Part shown: positions 1 through 9,393 of the stretch, one piece after another
Numbering within the stretch: position 1 is the stretch's first letter
Layout of the letters: each line of letters starts with the position of its first letter
Assembly (NCBI GenBank): GCA_029210695.1
Contig: JARGFH010000033.1
Coordinates: 1-42,107 of the forward strand
Direction: 5' to 3'
From: Acidimicrobiia bacterium
Lineage (GTDB): Bacteria; Actinomycetota; Acidimicrobiia; Spongiisociales; JAHEDJ01
DNA length: 42,107 bases
Position numbers and translations under genes: made by a program
The notes under the pieces: model-generated
Told to the model about the DNA's origin: nothing
The model's input: only the letters and a program-made list of their open reading frames with translations
Databases searched by the model: none

Positions 1-75
1 CGTAGTAACCATCAGATTGGCAGAGCCCTCCTAATCAACCGGGAACCCCTACACCCCGCTCAATTCCGAAGCGCC
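1..75 (+). mobile_element. Probable right end of an ISL3-family IS (partial, window edge)
   Basis: Ends ...CTACACCCCGCTCAATTCCGAAGCGCC. The reverse complement GGCGCTTCGGAATTGAGCGG resembles ISL3 GGCTCTTCG-type terminal IRs. Frame 1 reads RSNHQIGRALLINREPLHPAQFRSA, similar to ISL3 transposase tails. Cytochrome c coding sequence starts abruptly right after. Confidence 0.5.
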
Positions 76-76
76 C

Positions 77-751
77 GTCAAGTACTGCTCGGCCTGCCAC
101 GGACCCCACGGGGAGGGCGGCACAGCCGGACCACTCGCCGGAACGACGCTCGCCCGCTCCGATCTGATCTCCATCGTCACCGACGGACGGGATTCGATGC
201 CCAGCTACTCCGGGCGCATGAACGCCCAAGAAATCGGCGCGATAGCCGACTTCATCCTCAACTCGTTCGAATCCGTCGGAGGCGATAGCGCCGGCCCGCT
301 AACGGCCGTCGACAGCCCCGGCGGACAACTGTACGCAACCTTGTGTGCCGCCTGCCACGGGACGCTCGGCGAAGGCGGAATCGGAGGGGTGATCCTCGGT
401 GAGCAGTTCGACGCCGGCGAACTCGCCGCCCTGCTTCGAAATGGAACACCCGGAATGCTTGCCTTCCCTGATCTCACCGAGCAGGAAGTAGCGGAGCTGG
501 TCGAGCACACGCTCCTCCTCGCCGACGGGGCGGTGACCCTGGCAGACACAGGCGCAACCGACGAGGCGGATGGCGGCGGTGCAACCTCGAGCGATGATGG
601 TCGGACGCTCTCACTGTTCCTCAATGAGGATTCCGAGGCTGACAGCGGGGTCTCGTTGATCGCCCTCGCCGTCGTGGTCCTGGTCGGGCTCAGCGTGGTG
701 AGTGGTGTCGGCTACGTGTGGATCCGTTCGGCACGTGGCGTAGTTCGGTAG
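77..751 (+). CDS. Membrane-anchored c-type cytochrome with at least two hemes, 5'-truncated (possibly IS-interrupted)
   Basis: In-frame CSACH at 86-100, upstream of the ORF-track start at 197, and CAACH at 344-358. Each is followed by a Met-ligand motif (MPSY, MLAF). C-terminal TM helix. In-frame TAA at 32-34 and no start codon before the first heme motif. Confidence 0.75.
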   Translation, partial: VKYCSACHGPHGEGGTAGPLAGTTLARSDLISIVTDGRDSMPSYSGRMNAQEIGAIADFILNSFESVGGDSAGPLTAVDSPGGQLYATLCAACHGTLGEGGIGGVILGEQFDAGELAALLRNGTPGMLAFPDLTEQEVAELVEHTLLLADGAVTLADTGATDEADGGGATSSDDGRTLSLFLNEDSEADSGVSLIALAVVVLVGLSVVSGVGYVWIRSARGVVR

Positions 752-786
752 AACGCACCAAGTCTGAGAGGGGTCTTAGGCGGCCC

Positions 787-1866
787 TCAGTCGCCGTCGG
801 CCAGCCGGCGAGCCTCTTCGTCGGCGGAAAGCGCTTCGACGAACGCGTCCAGTTCTCCGTCGAGAATCGTGGGCAGCTGTTTGATCGTCAGGCCGATGCG
901 ATGATCCGTCACCCTGTTCTCTTTGAAGTTGTAGGTGCGGATCTTCTCCGATCGTTCCCCCGTCCCGACCTGGGAGCGGCGGTTCTGCGCCAACTCGGAC
1001 TGCTGCTTCTCGACCTCCATCTGATACAGACGGGCACGCAGAATCCTGAACGCCTTCTCCTTGTTCTGCAGCTGTGACTTCTCGTCCTGGCACGTCACCA
1101 CCAGTCCGGTCGGCTCATAGGTGAGACGCACTGCCGAGTCGGTCGTGTTCACCGACTGACCGCCCGGGCCACTCGACCGGTACACGTCGACCCGCACATC
1201 GTTGAGGTCCAGGTCGAGTTCAACTGCTTCCACTTCGGGAAGCACTGCCACCGTCGCGGTCGACGTGTGCACCCGCCCCTGCGATTCGGTCTTTGGCACC
1301 CGCTGAACCCGATGCACGCCCGCCTCGTACTTGAGCATTGAATACGCACCCGCACCCTTGACCGCAAAGATCACCTTGGAGAATCCGCCTGCCTCGGACT
1401 CGGACGAATCCATCGCATCGGTCTTGAATCCGTGCAGTTCTGCGAACCGGTGATACATCCGGTGGAGGTCGCCGGCAAAGAGGGCCGCTTCGTCACCACC
1501 GGTGCCTGCCCGGATCTCAACGATGACGTCCTTCTGGTCGTTCGGGTCTTTGGGGACAAGTGCCAGGCGCAGCTCATGTTCGAGACGTTCGGCCTCCGCC
1601 CTTCGTTCACGTGACATCCGTCGCAGGTCTTCGACCATCTTCGGATCGGTCTCTTCGCCTGCCAGCTCGGCGGCTTCGTTGGCGTCCGAAAGAGCGTCGC
1701 GATAGCTCGAGAACGTTTCGACAATCGGTTTGAGTTCCGAGTGGCGTCTTCCCAGGTCCACAAACCGGGCCTGATCGGACAGTGCATCCGGATCGGCGAG
1801 TTGCTGCTCGACTTCGTTGAACGATTCTTCGACCTCGGCCAGTCTGGCGGCAAGCGCCTCATCCAT
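787..1866 (-). CDS. prfA: Peptide chain release factor 1
   Basis: GGQ motif (SGPGGQSVNTTDSAVR) and RF1-type PxT (VPKTESQGR). ATG 1866 overlaps the end of the upstream gene. Confidence 0.97.
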   Translation of the reverse strand: MDEALAARLAEVEESFNEVEQQLADPDALSDQARFVDLGRRHSELKPIVETFSSYRDALSDANEAAELAGEETDPKMVEDLRRMSRERRAEAERLEHELRLALVPKDPNDQKDVIVEIRAGTGGDEAALFAGDLHRMYHRFAELHGFKTDAMDSSESEAGGFSKVIFAVKGAGAYSMLKYEAGVHRVQRVPKTESQGRVHTSTATVAVLPEVEAVELDLDLNDVRVDVYRSSGPGGQSVNTTDSAVRLTYEPTGLVVTCQDEKSQLQNKEKAFRILRARLYQMEVEKQQSELAQNRRSQVGTGERSEKIRTYNFKENRVTDHRIGLTIKQLPTILDGELDAFVEALSADEEARRLADGD

Positions 1867-2818
1867 CGGTCTTGTCTCCGATACAGCCCACCTCGAAAGC
1901 CTCGACTGCACCTGCAACGATCTCGCCCCGACCACGAACTTCTTCTACCGACTCCGAGTCGAGGGCGGCGAGCAAGCTGGCGACGGCAACCTCGACCTGA
2001 TCGTCGTCGGGTTCGCCGGTAGTCAGCCTCTGCAGCCAGAGCCCGGGGGCGGCCACCATACGACCGAACAGAGCATCAGCACGCAGACCGGAAGCCCTGA
2101 GGATCTCATACGAGATACCCGCGATGACCGGGATGAGGAGCAGACGGCTGAGGACCAGCCATACCACCGGCAGGGTATGCGGGACGAACGAGAACACGAC
2201 GATGGAGGCCAGCACCACCAGCAGAAGGAAACTGGTCCCACACCGGGGGTGGGCGGGTGAGTATTTCTGGATCTCGCCGGCGGTCAGTGGGTCCCCCGCC
2301 TCGTAAGCGTGGATCGTCTTGTGCTCGGCGCCGTGATACTGGAAAACCCGTTTGATCTCCGCGGAACGGCCGATCGCCCAGATGTAGCCGACAAACAGGG
2401 CGATACGGATGAGACCTTCGACGACATTGAGGCCGATCGTCGTCTCACCGGCCAGCCAGCGCGCCGTCAGCAGCGGGGCACCGACAAAGAGGACCGCTAC
2501 CGCCGCGACTGCGATCAAGATCGAGAGGGCCATCTGCCACTTGCCGATCGGCTCCTCTTCTTCCCCTACCGCTTTCTCGGCCGACCAGGTCAGGGCTCGC
2601 ATACCGAGGGACAGCGACTCCCACAGGACCAGCATGCCGCGCACGAGGGGCATTCTGGCCAGTCGCTTGCGCTCGGACAGGCGCGGCAATTCCTCACACA
2701 TCGTCACGATTGAGCCCTCAGGAGTTCGCACGGCCACGGCCCAACCGGCCGGGGCGCGCATCATCACGCCTTCGATTACGGCCTGACCGCCGACGGTGGA
2801 ATTGGGATGACGACTCAT
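1859..2818 (-). CDS. DUF1385 (YqhQ-like) membrane protein
   Basis: GGQAVIEGVMM, FQYHGAEHK, HPRCGTSF and LQRLTTGEP motifs; usual rpmE-prfA context. Confidence 0.92.
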   Translation of the reverse strand: MSRHPNSTVGGQAVIEGVMMRAPAGWAVAVRTPEGSIVTMCEELPRLSERKRLARMPLVRGMLVLWESLSLGMRALTWSAEKAVGEEEEPIGKWQMALSILIAVAAVAVLFVGAPLLTARWLAGETTIGLNVVEGLIRIALFVGYIWAIGRSAEIKRVFQYHGAEHKTIHAYEAGDPLTAGEIQKYSPAHPRCGTSFLLLVVLASIVVFSFVPHTLPVVWLVLSRLLLIPVIAGISYEILRASGLRADALFGRMVAAPGLWLQRLTTGEPDDDQVEVAVASLLAALDSESVEEVRGRGEIVAGAVEAFEVGCIGDKTDG

Positions 2819-2850
2819 AGGACGCCGCCGGTCGCAACCGGCGGGCGGAA

Positions 2851-3105
2851 CTACGCCTCGCTCGTCTCTGTCTCAGACTTGGCGGTCTTCTTCGACTTGA
2901 CCTGGGCCTTGTCGCCGTAGCGCTTCTGGAAACGCTCGACACGACCACCGGTGTCGACCAGTTTCTGGCGACCGGTGAAGAATGGATGACACTCGTTGCA
3001 CAACTCGACGTGCATCTCTTCCTGGGTCGAACGTGTCATGAACGTGTTGCCACACGAACAGGTGACCTTCGTGTCCATGTAGTTGGGGTGGATCCCTGTC
3101 TTCAC
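2851..3105 (-). CDS. rpmE: 50S ribosomal protein L31, Zn-binding type
   Basis: GTG start with [16 protein letters not shown]...CSCG...[10 protein letters not shown]. Confidence 0.97.
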   Translation of the reverse strand: MKTGIHPNYMDTKVTCSCGNTFMTRSTQEEMHVELCNECHPFFTGRQKLVDTGGRVERFQKRYGDKAQVKSKKTAKSETETSEA

Positions 3106-3115
3106 GTGATTTCTC

Positions 3116-4816
3116 CTAATTCCCGCTCTTGGCGACTTCCATGAGGAACTCTGCATTGGACTTGGCGGTCTTGAGCTTGTCGATGAGCAATTCGACGGCC
3201 GGACCAGATTCCAATGCCAGCAGCACCCTACGCAGCTTCCACACCTGCGCAAGTTCGTTCCGATCGAACAACAACTCCTCGCGGCGTGTGCCGGAAGCGG
3301 CGATGTCGATTGCGGGATATACCCGCTTGTCGGCGAGCTTGCGATCGAGCTTCAACTCCATATTGCCGGTGCCCTTGAACTCCTCGAAAATAACCTCGTC
3401 CATCTTCGACCCTGTCTCGACCAGGGCGGTTCCAAGGATCGTAAGGCTTCCACCCTCTTCAATATTCCGCGCAGCTCCAAAGAAGCGTTTGGGCGGGTAG
3501 AGAGCAGTCGAGTCGACACCACCCGAAAGGATGCGGCCGCTGGCCGGCGTCGCCAGGTTGTAGGCCCTGGCGAGACGAGTAACCGAGTCGAGCAGGATCA
3601 CCACATCGGTGCCCATCTCGACGAGGCGCTTCGCCCTCTCTAGGGCGAGTTCGGACACCTGCGTGTGCTCCTCGGCCGGACGATCGAACGTCGAGTAGAT
3701 GACTTCTCCCTTCACCGAACGTTGCATGTCGGTGACCTCTTCCGGGCGCTCATCCACGAGCACGACCATCAGATGGCATTCGGGGTTGTTAGCGCTGATC
3801 GAGCGGGCGACCTCCTTCAGCACCGTCGTCTTGCCTGCCTTAGGCGGAGATACGATGAGGCCTCTCTGGCCTTTGCCGATCGGGGCAATGATGTCGACGA
3901 TCCTCGGCAACACCCACTCGTGGTGACCGTCGATCTCGAGCCTCATTCGCACATCGGGAAACAGCGGTGTCAGTTTCTCGAAACGGGGCCGCTTGCGAGC
4001 GTCTTCCACGCTCTGGCCGCTCACCGTCTCAATCCGTGTGATGGCGGCGAATTTCTCTTGAGAGCGGGGCGGACGAACCGGACCGCGAATCAGGTCGCCG
4101 CGGCGCAACCCGAACTTGCGAATCTGGCTGGCCGACACATACACGTCCTGGTCACCGGGGAGGTAGCGGCCGATGCGAAGGAAACCATATCCTTCCGGCA
4201 AAATGTCGAGGACTCCCTCACGCTCTTCGAGGTCACCTTCGGGAATCTGCTCGTGGTGCTGCCGGTCCTGGCCACCCTGCCGGTCCTGACCGCCCTGCCG
4301 GTCCTGACCGCCCTGCCGGTCCTGGCCGCCCTGCCGGTCCTGGCCGCCCTGCCGGTCCTGGCCACCCTGTCCACGTCCCCGCCGCCGGCGTTTGCGACGA
4401 TTCGGATCATTGTCATAACGCTGGCCCTGTTGAGGTTGGTTGGTTCGATCTGACGAATCGGAATCATCGTCTTGTTCGGAATCCCCACCGTCAACGACCG
4501 CAGCCGACTCGCCGGCCGGAAGCTCCTTTTCGGCCGCGGGGGTGTCCTTTGTGGCTTCCTTGGGCTCAGCGGCGTCCACCACCTCAGCATCTTCGCCGTC
4601 TGATTCCTTGCCGGTGTCGCCGATCGGCGCCTTCGTGCGCTCTGCAACCGGGAACTCGACGGGAGTGGGCTCGTCACTGCTCTCGAAACCGTCGGCGCCG
4701 ATGATGGCACCGATCAGTTTGGCCTTCTGCAGCCCTGCCGCATCGATCTGCAGTGCGGTCGCGATCTCGCGAAGGTCTTTGATCGATTTCTCCTGGAGCT
4801 CAGATCTGGTGGTCAT
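3116..4816 (-). CDS. rho: Transcription termination factor Rho with long N-terminal insertion
   Basis: GYGFLR RNA-binding motif, [19 protein letters not shown]alker [11 protein letters not shown]. Start MTTRS at 4816 follows a GGAAGG RBS. Confidence 0.97.
   Translation of the reverse strand: MTTRSELQEKSIKDLREIATALQIDAAGLQKAKLIGAIIGADGFESSDEPTPVEFPVAERTKAPIGDTGKESDGEDAEVVDAAEPKEATKDTPAAEKELPAGESAAVVDGGDSEQDDDSDSSDRTNQPQQGQRYDNDPNRRKRRRRGRGQGGQDRQGGQDRQGGQDRQGGQDRQGGQDRQGGQDRQHHEQIPEGDLEEREGVLDILPEGYGFLRIGRYLPGDQDVYVSASQIRKFGLRRGDLIRGPVRPPRSQEKFAAITRIETVSGQSVEDARKRPRFEKLTPLFPDVRMRLEIDGHHEWVLPRIVDIIAPIGKGQRGLIVSPPKAGKTTVLKEVARSISANNPECHLMVVLVDERPEEVTDMQRSVKGEVIYSTFDRPAEEHTQVSELALERAKRLVEMGTDVVILLDSVTRLARAYNLATPASGRILSGGVDSTALYPPKRFFGAARNIEEGGSLTILGTALVETGSKMDEVIFEEFKGTGNMELKLDRKLADKRVYPAIDIAASGTRREELLFDRNELAQVWKLRRVLLALESGPAVELLIDKLKTAKSNAEFLMEVAKSGN
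4259..4366. repeat. 18-bp tandem repeat x6 in rho, encoding (QGGQDR)6
   Basis: Six CTGCCGGTCCTGRCCRCC units read directly. Confidence 0.95.
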
Positions 4817-4999
4817 GTCATCCTTCCCGCCCATTCCGGTGCCTCCCCGAGGCAATGTAAATCCGGACCGGCGTCCTGTGACTGAGTGGCTCAGCGTTGA
4901 GTGATATCCCATCCTGCATCGACAAAGGGGCGCCTTGGGGGATGCAGGAGAACCACACGTGCACCGCGAACGGCTAGAGGGATTCTGGGATCGCCACTT

Positions 5000-5028
5000 A
5001 GTGTAGGCGATAGGGTGCGCTGTGCCAA
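5000..5028 (-). promoter_or_regulatory. Putative sigma70-type promoter of rho
   Basis: TTGGCA-17 nt-TACACT on the minus strand, about 185 nt upstream of the rho ATG. Confidence 0.6.
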
Positions 5029-5055
5029 GCACGGAGGAGAGCAAGCACCGTTGAT

Positions 5056-6438
5056 CTAATGCGGGGCTACGCTCCGGGCGATCCGAGCCACCGTGTCGAA
5101 GTCGTTATCGACAACCTCATACCGCTCGTCGCGCTCCATCAGGTCATCGAGGTCGTCGGGCAGATCGGGCTCGAGGTGCAAAGCCGATTTGATCGCAGCC
5201 GGGAACTTGGCCGGGTGAGCGGTGGCGACGAATACGATTTCGTGGTCATAGTCCCTTCGCAAGCGACGACCCGCCGCAATTCCGGTGGCGGTGTGTGGAT
5301 CGACCACCACGCCGGTCTCGTGATACAGGTCCCGGATGATCTGCACGATCTCGTCGTCTGAGGCAAAACCGGCGTCGAACTGGCCTCGAACACCCGCCAT
5401 TTGGGCCGGCAGCACATCGAGACTGCCCATCGCCCGGTACTCGCTCATCAGTGAACCCAGCACATCGCCGCGCCGCTCGAACACATCGAACAGCAGGCGC
5501 TCGAGGTTGCTGGGCACCTGGATGTCCATTGCCGGGGCGAGGGTCGGGACAACCTCCCCGATCGGAAGACTCCCTGCGGTCAGAAAGTCGGCCAGACCAT
5601 GGTTGGCGTTGTTGCCGACAATCAACTGCTCGATGGGCACTCCCATCTTCCCGGCTGCGTAGGCGGAGTACACGTTGCCGAAGTTGCCGGTCGGAATCGC
5701 ATAGGTGACACGTTCGTCGAGCGCGCCGAGTTGAAGGGCCGACCACACGTAGTAGGCGGTCTGAGCCATGATGCGCGCCCAGTTGATCGAATTGACCGCG
5801 GCGGGGCGGACTTCCGCGTTGAGATCAGGGTCCGAGAATATTGCCTTTACGAGGTCCTGGCAGTCGTCGAAGGTGCCTCTCACCGCCAGGTTGTGGATGT
5901 TCGGCGCGTTCACGGTCGTCATCTGGCGGCGCTGAACGTCGGACACCCGGCCTTCTGGATGCAGCATCAGTACCTCGATGGAGTCGAGATCCCGCAGGGC
6001 GTCGATCGCGGCAGAACCGGTATCACCCGATGTGGCCCCGATCACCGTGACCCGTGCCCCCCTTCGCCGGAGCACCTCATCCAGCAGGCGCCCGACCAGT
6101 TGGAGGGCGTAGTCCTTGAATGAGAGCGTCGGTCCCCAGAAGAGTTCTAGGAGCATCTCGCCTTCACCGAGCGGGCGCAAAGGCGCAACCGCCTCGTGCC
6201 GGAAACGGCCGTACGCCGCTTCCGCGAGCTCGAGTGTCTGGTCGTGAGAGAACACCCCCTCGACGAACGGGGTGATGACGGCCGCAGCCACCTCTGCATA
6301 GGTGGCTTCAGGTTCCAGATCGGGCAGCGCCGGCCAGGAGGCAGGAACGTAGAGGCCGCCGTCGGGGGCCAGTCCGGTCAGCAGCGCCCCCTCAAAATCG
6401 ACTTCGGGTGCAGCGCCCCGCGTCGAGACGTACCTCAC
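5056..6438 (-). CDS. thrC: Threonine synthase (long form)
   Basis: MRYVSTRG, GLAPDGGLYVP, ELFWGPTLSFKD (PLP lysine), ATSGDTGSAA, NSINWAR, PTGNFGN, TAHPAKF. Confidence 0.97.
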   Translation of the reverse strand: MRYVSTRGAAPEVDFEGALLTGLAPDGGLYVPASWPALPDLEPEATYAEVAAAVITPFVEGVFSHDQTLELAEAAYGRFRHEAVAPLRPLGEGEMLLELFWGPTLSFKDYALQLVGRLLDEVLRRRGARVTVIGATSGDTGSAAIDALRDLDSIEVLMLHPEGRVSDVQRRQMTTVNAPNIHNLAVRGTFDDCQDLVKAIFSDPDLNAEVRPAAVNSINWARIMAQTAYYVWSALQLGALDERVTYAIPTGNFGNVYSAYAAGKMGVPIEQLIVGNNANHGLADFLTAGSLPIGEVVPTLAPAMDIQVPSNLERLLFDVFERRGDVLGSLMSEYRAMGSLDVLPAQMAGVRGQFDAGFASDDEIVQIIRDLYHETGVVVDPHTATGIAAGRRLRRDYDHEIVFVATAHPAKFPAAIKSALHLEPDLPDDLDDLMERDERYEVVDNDFDTVARIARSVAPH

Positions 6439-7721
6439 GGGGCGTCGCTCTGGACCCGGATCACTGAGGCGACCTGTCGCACCGCGTCGAGCGAATCAAG
6501 CGCCAACCTGGCCTCGGCCAATTGACCCTCCCGGGCGTCGTGGGTCACGATCAACAGGGTCGCTTCGTCGCCGCGACCGTCCTGCCAAACGGAGGCAATC
6601 GACACCTCGTGCTCACCGAACACCGTCGCCACCGCGGCCAGCACCCCAGGGGCATCTTCGACTTCGAGCCGCACGTACCACTTGGTGACGGCCTCTTCGA
6701 AGGCCAGTACCCGACCGGGTGCAAACCGTATGCGGGGTGCCACCTGTGATCTAGCCAGCAACTCCCTTGCCGCGTCGATGACATCTCCGAGTACGGCGGT
6801 GGCAGTCGGCTCTCCCCCGGCACCTGGCCCGGCGAACAACAACTCCCCGACTGCCGGACCTTCAAGAAAGATGGCGTTATTGGCACCACGCACTGAGGCG
6901 AGCGGATGGTCCTTCGGCACCAGCGTTGGGTGAACACGAACCAGAACTCCCGCGTCGGTATCTTCGGCAATGGCCAGCAGCTTCGGCACGAAGCCGAGGT
7001 TGGCCGCGAAGCGGAAGTCGGTGGGACGGAGGCCTTCGATCCCCTCCCGGAACACGGACTTGGCGTCGACCCAGGTGCCAAATGCCAGGCTGGCCAGAAT
7101 CGCCGCCTTGGCCGCCGCGTCGTCACCAGAAACGTCGGCAGCCGGATCGGCTTCAGCGAACCCCAGAGCCTGCGCTTCGGCCAACGCATCCCCATAATCG
7201 GCGCCCTCATCGAGCATCTTGGTCAGGATGTAGTTGGTGGTCCCATTGACGATCCCCATGACCCGGAGGACACGTTCACCGGCCAGCGATTCCGACAGGG
7301 GACGGATGATCGGGATTCCGCCGCCCACTGCCGCCTCGAACAACAACGAAACGCCCCGTTTCTCCGCCAGCGAAACGAATTCCAGGCCACGGGCCGCTAC
7401 CAACTCCTTGTTGGCGGTTACCACGGGCTTGCCGGCTTCGAGGGCGCGCAACACCAGACTCCCGGCCGGGTCGAGCCCGCCCATCACCTCAACGACTAGC
7501 TCCACAGTCGAGTCATCGATGACCTCGGTGGCCTGATCGGTGAGCAGATGAGGGGGGATCGTATAGGGGCGGGTCTTGTCGAGGGATCGCACCGCAATGC
7601 GACGAAGCTCGAGCCGCAACCCGGCCTTCTGCGCGATGACGTCTTGCTCTTCGAGCAGACGGCGCACGAGGGTCCCGCCCACCGTCCCGCTGCCAAGGAT
7701 CCCGACCCCGACTGTTTGCAC
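6435..7721 (-). CDS. hom: Homoserine dehydrogenase with C-terminal ACT domain
   Basis: GSGTVG Rossmann motif, VVTANK, FEAAVGGGIP, NGTTNYIL, GFAEADP; ACT domain (DAPGVLA). Confidence 0.97.
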   Translation of the reverse strand: MQTVGVGILGSGTVGGTLVRRLLEEQDVIAQKAGLRLELRRIAVRSLDKTRPYTIPPHLLTDQATEVIDDSTVELVVEVMGGLDPAGSLVLRALEAGKPVVTANKELVAARGLEFVSLAEKRGVSLLFEAAVGGGIPIIRPLSESLAGERVLRVMGIVNGTTNYILTKMLDEGADYGDALAEAQALGFAEADPAADVSGDDAAAKAAILASLAFGTWVDAKSVFREGIEGLRPTDFRFAANLGFVPKLLAIAEDTDAGVLVRVHPTLVPKDHPLASVRGANNAIFLEGPAVGELLFAGPGAGGEPTATAVLGDVIDAARELLARSQVAPRIRFAPGRVLAFEEAVTKWYVRLEVEDAPGVLAAVATVFGEHEVSIASVWQDGRGDEATLLIVTHDAREGQLAEARLALDSLDAVRQVASVIRVQSDAP

Positions 7722-7762
7722 CTACTGCTCCTCGTGATTGGTGGGAGATGGTAATCCAGAGA

Positions 7763-7880
7763 TTGTGGGTTCTAGGTTCTGAGTTCTAGGTTGTGGGTTC
7801 TAGGTTCTGAGTTCTAGGTTCTGAGTTGGGTATTCCTGGCGGGCTCTGGGGTAGAACCCAAAACCTATGACCCAGAACCT
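7763..7880. repeat. Heptamer tandem array (9 units) plus inverted 4-unit array
   Basis: TTGTGGG/TTCTAGG/TTCTGAG x9 at 7763-7825. Complementary-orientation AGAACCC AAAACCT ATGACCC AGAACCT at 7853-7880. Confidence 0.9.
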
Positions 7881-7929
7881 CTCTTCTCATATCCGACCCA
7901 GGCCTCACCGGCTCGTTACCCTGCCGCTT

Positions 7930-9198
7930 ATGCCAGGGCCGATTCCGCTTCAGTTGCTACCCGACAACAGCTCGGTAGCCGCCGGCCGCCTGTCGATTGG
8001 TGGCTGTGACGTCCTCGACCTGGCCGAGGAGTACGGAACACCCCTCTTCGTGTACGACGAAGCACACATTCGAACTCGCTGCCGGGAAGCCGTGGAGGCA
8101 TTCGGGAACGGAGTCGCCTACGCCACAAAGGCGTTCCTGTGCACGGCGATGGCCCGGCTCGCCTACGACGAGGGCATGCACCTCGACGTGGCCACCGGAG
8201 GAGAGATGTACGTGGCGCTCCGCGCAGGAGTTCCGGCAGATCATCTGATACTGCATGGCAACAACAAGTCGGAACTCGAGCTGCGGATGGCGCTCGAAAA
8301 GGGGGTCGGGAGGATCGTCGTCGACTCCTTCGACGAGATGGACCTCCTCGAGTCACTCCATGCAGACGGACTCGGCCCTGCCCGGGTCCTGATCAGGATC
8401 ACTCCAGGCGTTGAGGCCCACACACACGATTACATCACCACCGGGCGTGACGACACCAAGTTCGGGTTCACCGTGTCGACCGGCGCGGCCGGTGCTGCAC
8501 TCGAGCGGGCGACCGCTTCGCCCGCAATGACGCTCCTCGGCGTCCATGCCCACATCGGCAGTCAGGTGTTCCGGCTTGCATCGTTCGTTGAAGCGACCAG
8601 AGTCGTCGCCCGTTTCGCCGGACGGTACGCCATCGATGAATTGTCGCTGGGCGGGGGGCTTGGACATCCGTATGTCGAACGTGAGAACGCTCCGACCATC
8701 ACCGAGTGGGCGAGCTCCATTCAGGCGGCCGCCCGCGACGAGGGTGTCACCGCCCGGATCACGTCAGAACCAGGGCGCGCCATCGTGGCCGGGGCGGCCG
8801 TTACGCTCTACAAGGTCGGCACGATCAAGGCGCTGCCGGGAATCCGCACCTATGTCGCAGTAGACGGCGGAATGAGCGACAACCCGCGCCCGGTTCTGTA
8901 CGGAAGCGGCTACGAGACGTTCCTTCCCCGGGCTGTTGATGCCCGGCGCCCGGATCCGGTCACGGTCGTCGGAAAGCATTGTGAGTCGGGAGACGTGCTC
9001 GTCAAGGATGGGTTTGTCCCAGACGATCTCCGCGTCGGAGACGTTCTGGCCACTCCGGTGACCGGCGCCTACGGCCATTCGATGGGTTCCAATTACAACA
9101 AGATCCTCCGGCCCGCCGTCGTCTTCTGCCGGGGAGGAGAGGCCAGGCCGGTCGTGCGAAGGGAAACCTACGAAGATCTCGTTCGCCTCGACCTGTAG
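7930..9198 (+). CDS. lysA: Diaminopimelate decarboxylase
   Basis: YGTPLFVYD, YATKAF (PLP Lys), HGNNKS, HAHIGSQ, EPGR, VDGGMSDNPRP, KHCESGD, GAYG. ATG 7930 lies 7 nt after TACCCT, so probably leaderless. Confidence 0.96.
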   Translation: MPGPIPLQLLPDNSSVAAGRLSIGGCDVLDLAEEYGTPLFVYDEAHIRTRCREAVEAFGNGVAYATKAFLCTAMARLAYDEGMHLDVATGGEMYVALRAGVPADHLILHGNNKSELELRMALEKGVGRIVVDSFDEMDLLESLHADGLGPARVLIRITPGVEAHTHDYITTGRDDTKFGFTVSTGAAGAALERATASPAMTLLGVHAHIGSQVFRLASFVEATRVVARFAGRYAIDELSLGGGLGHPYVERENAPTITEWASSIQAAARDEGVTARITSEPGRAIVAGAAVTLYKVGTIKALPGIRTYVAVDGGMSDNPRPVLYGSGYETFLPRAVDARRPDPVTVVGKHCESGDVLVKDGFVPDDLRVGDVLATPVTGAYGHSMGSNYNKILRPAVVFCRGGEARPVVRRETYEDLVRLDL

Positions 9199-9208
9199 AA
9201 GTTCGTTG

Positions 9209-9280
9209 CGCCCCCGGCAGGATTCGAACCTGCGCACCCGGCTCCGGAGGCCGGTGCTCTATCCCCTGAGCTACGGGGGC
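9209..9280 (-). tRNA. tRNA-Arg(CCG)
   Basis: Cloverleaf with GCCCCCG/CGGGGGC acceptor, anticodon arm CCGGC-CTCCGGA-GCCGG and GGTTCGAATCC T loop. CCA not encoded. TACAAT -10 at 9291-9296. Confidence 0.97.
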
Positions 9281-9393
9281 GAATGGCAGGATTGTAGTAG
9301 CGGGAGGGTTCCGCCGGATCGGCGTGCCCGGCCGGTGCACGGTTGGAGAGTCTGAGTAGAGGGTCCCGTCCGCCGGATGGCTCTCTCGAGCTT

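Noticed and set aside
4817..5044. N-terminal extensions in the ORF track (rho 5044; also prfA 1935, rpmE 3252, lysA 7867, prs 34608, tatD 38582)
   Set aside because: Family-like sequence, RBS or -10 positions and gene overlaps all support the shorter starts reported.
7763..7880. CRISPR array or lysine riboswitch upstream of lysA/hom
   Set aside because: Units are contiguous 7-mers with no spacers and there are no cas genes. No lysine-riboswitch core is recognisable, and lysA looks leaderless.
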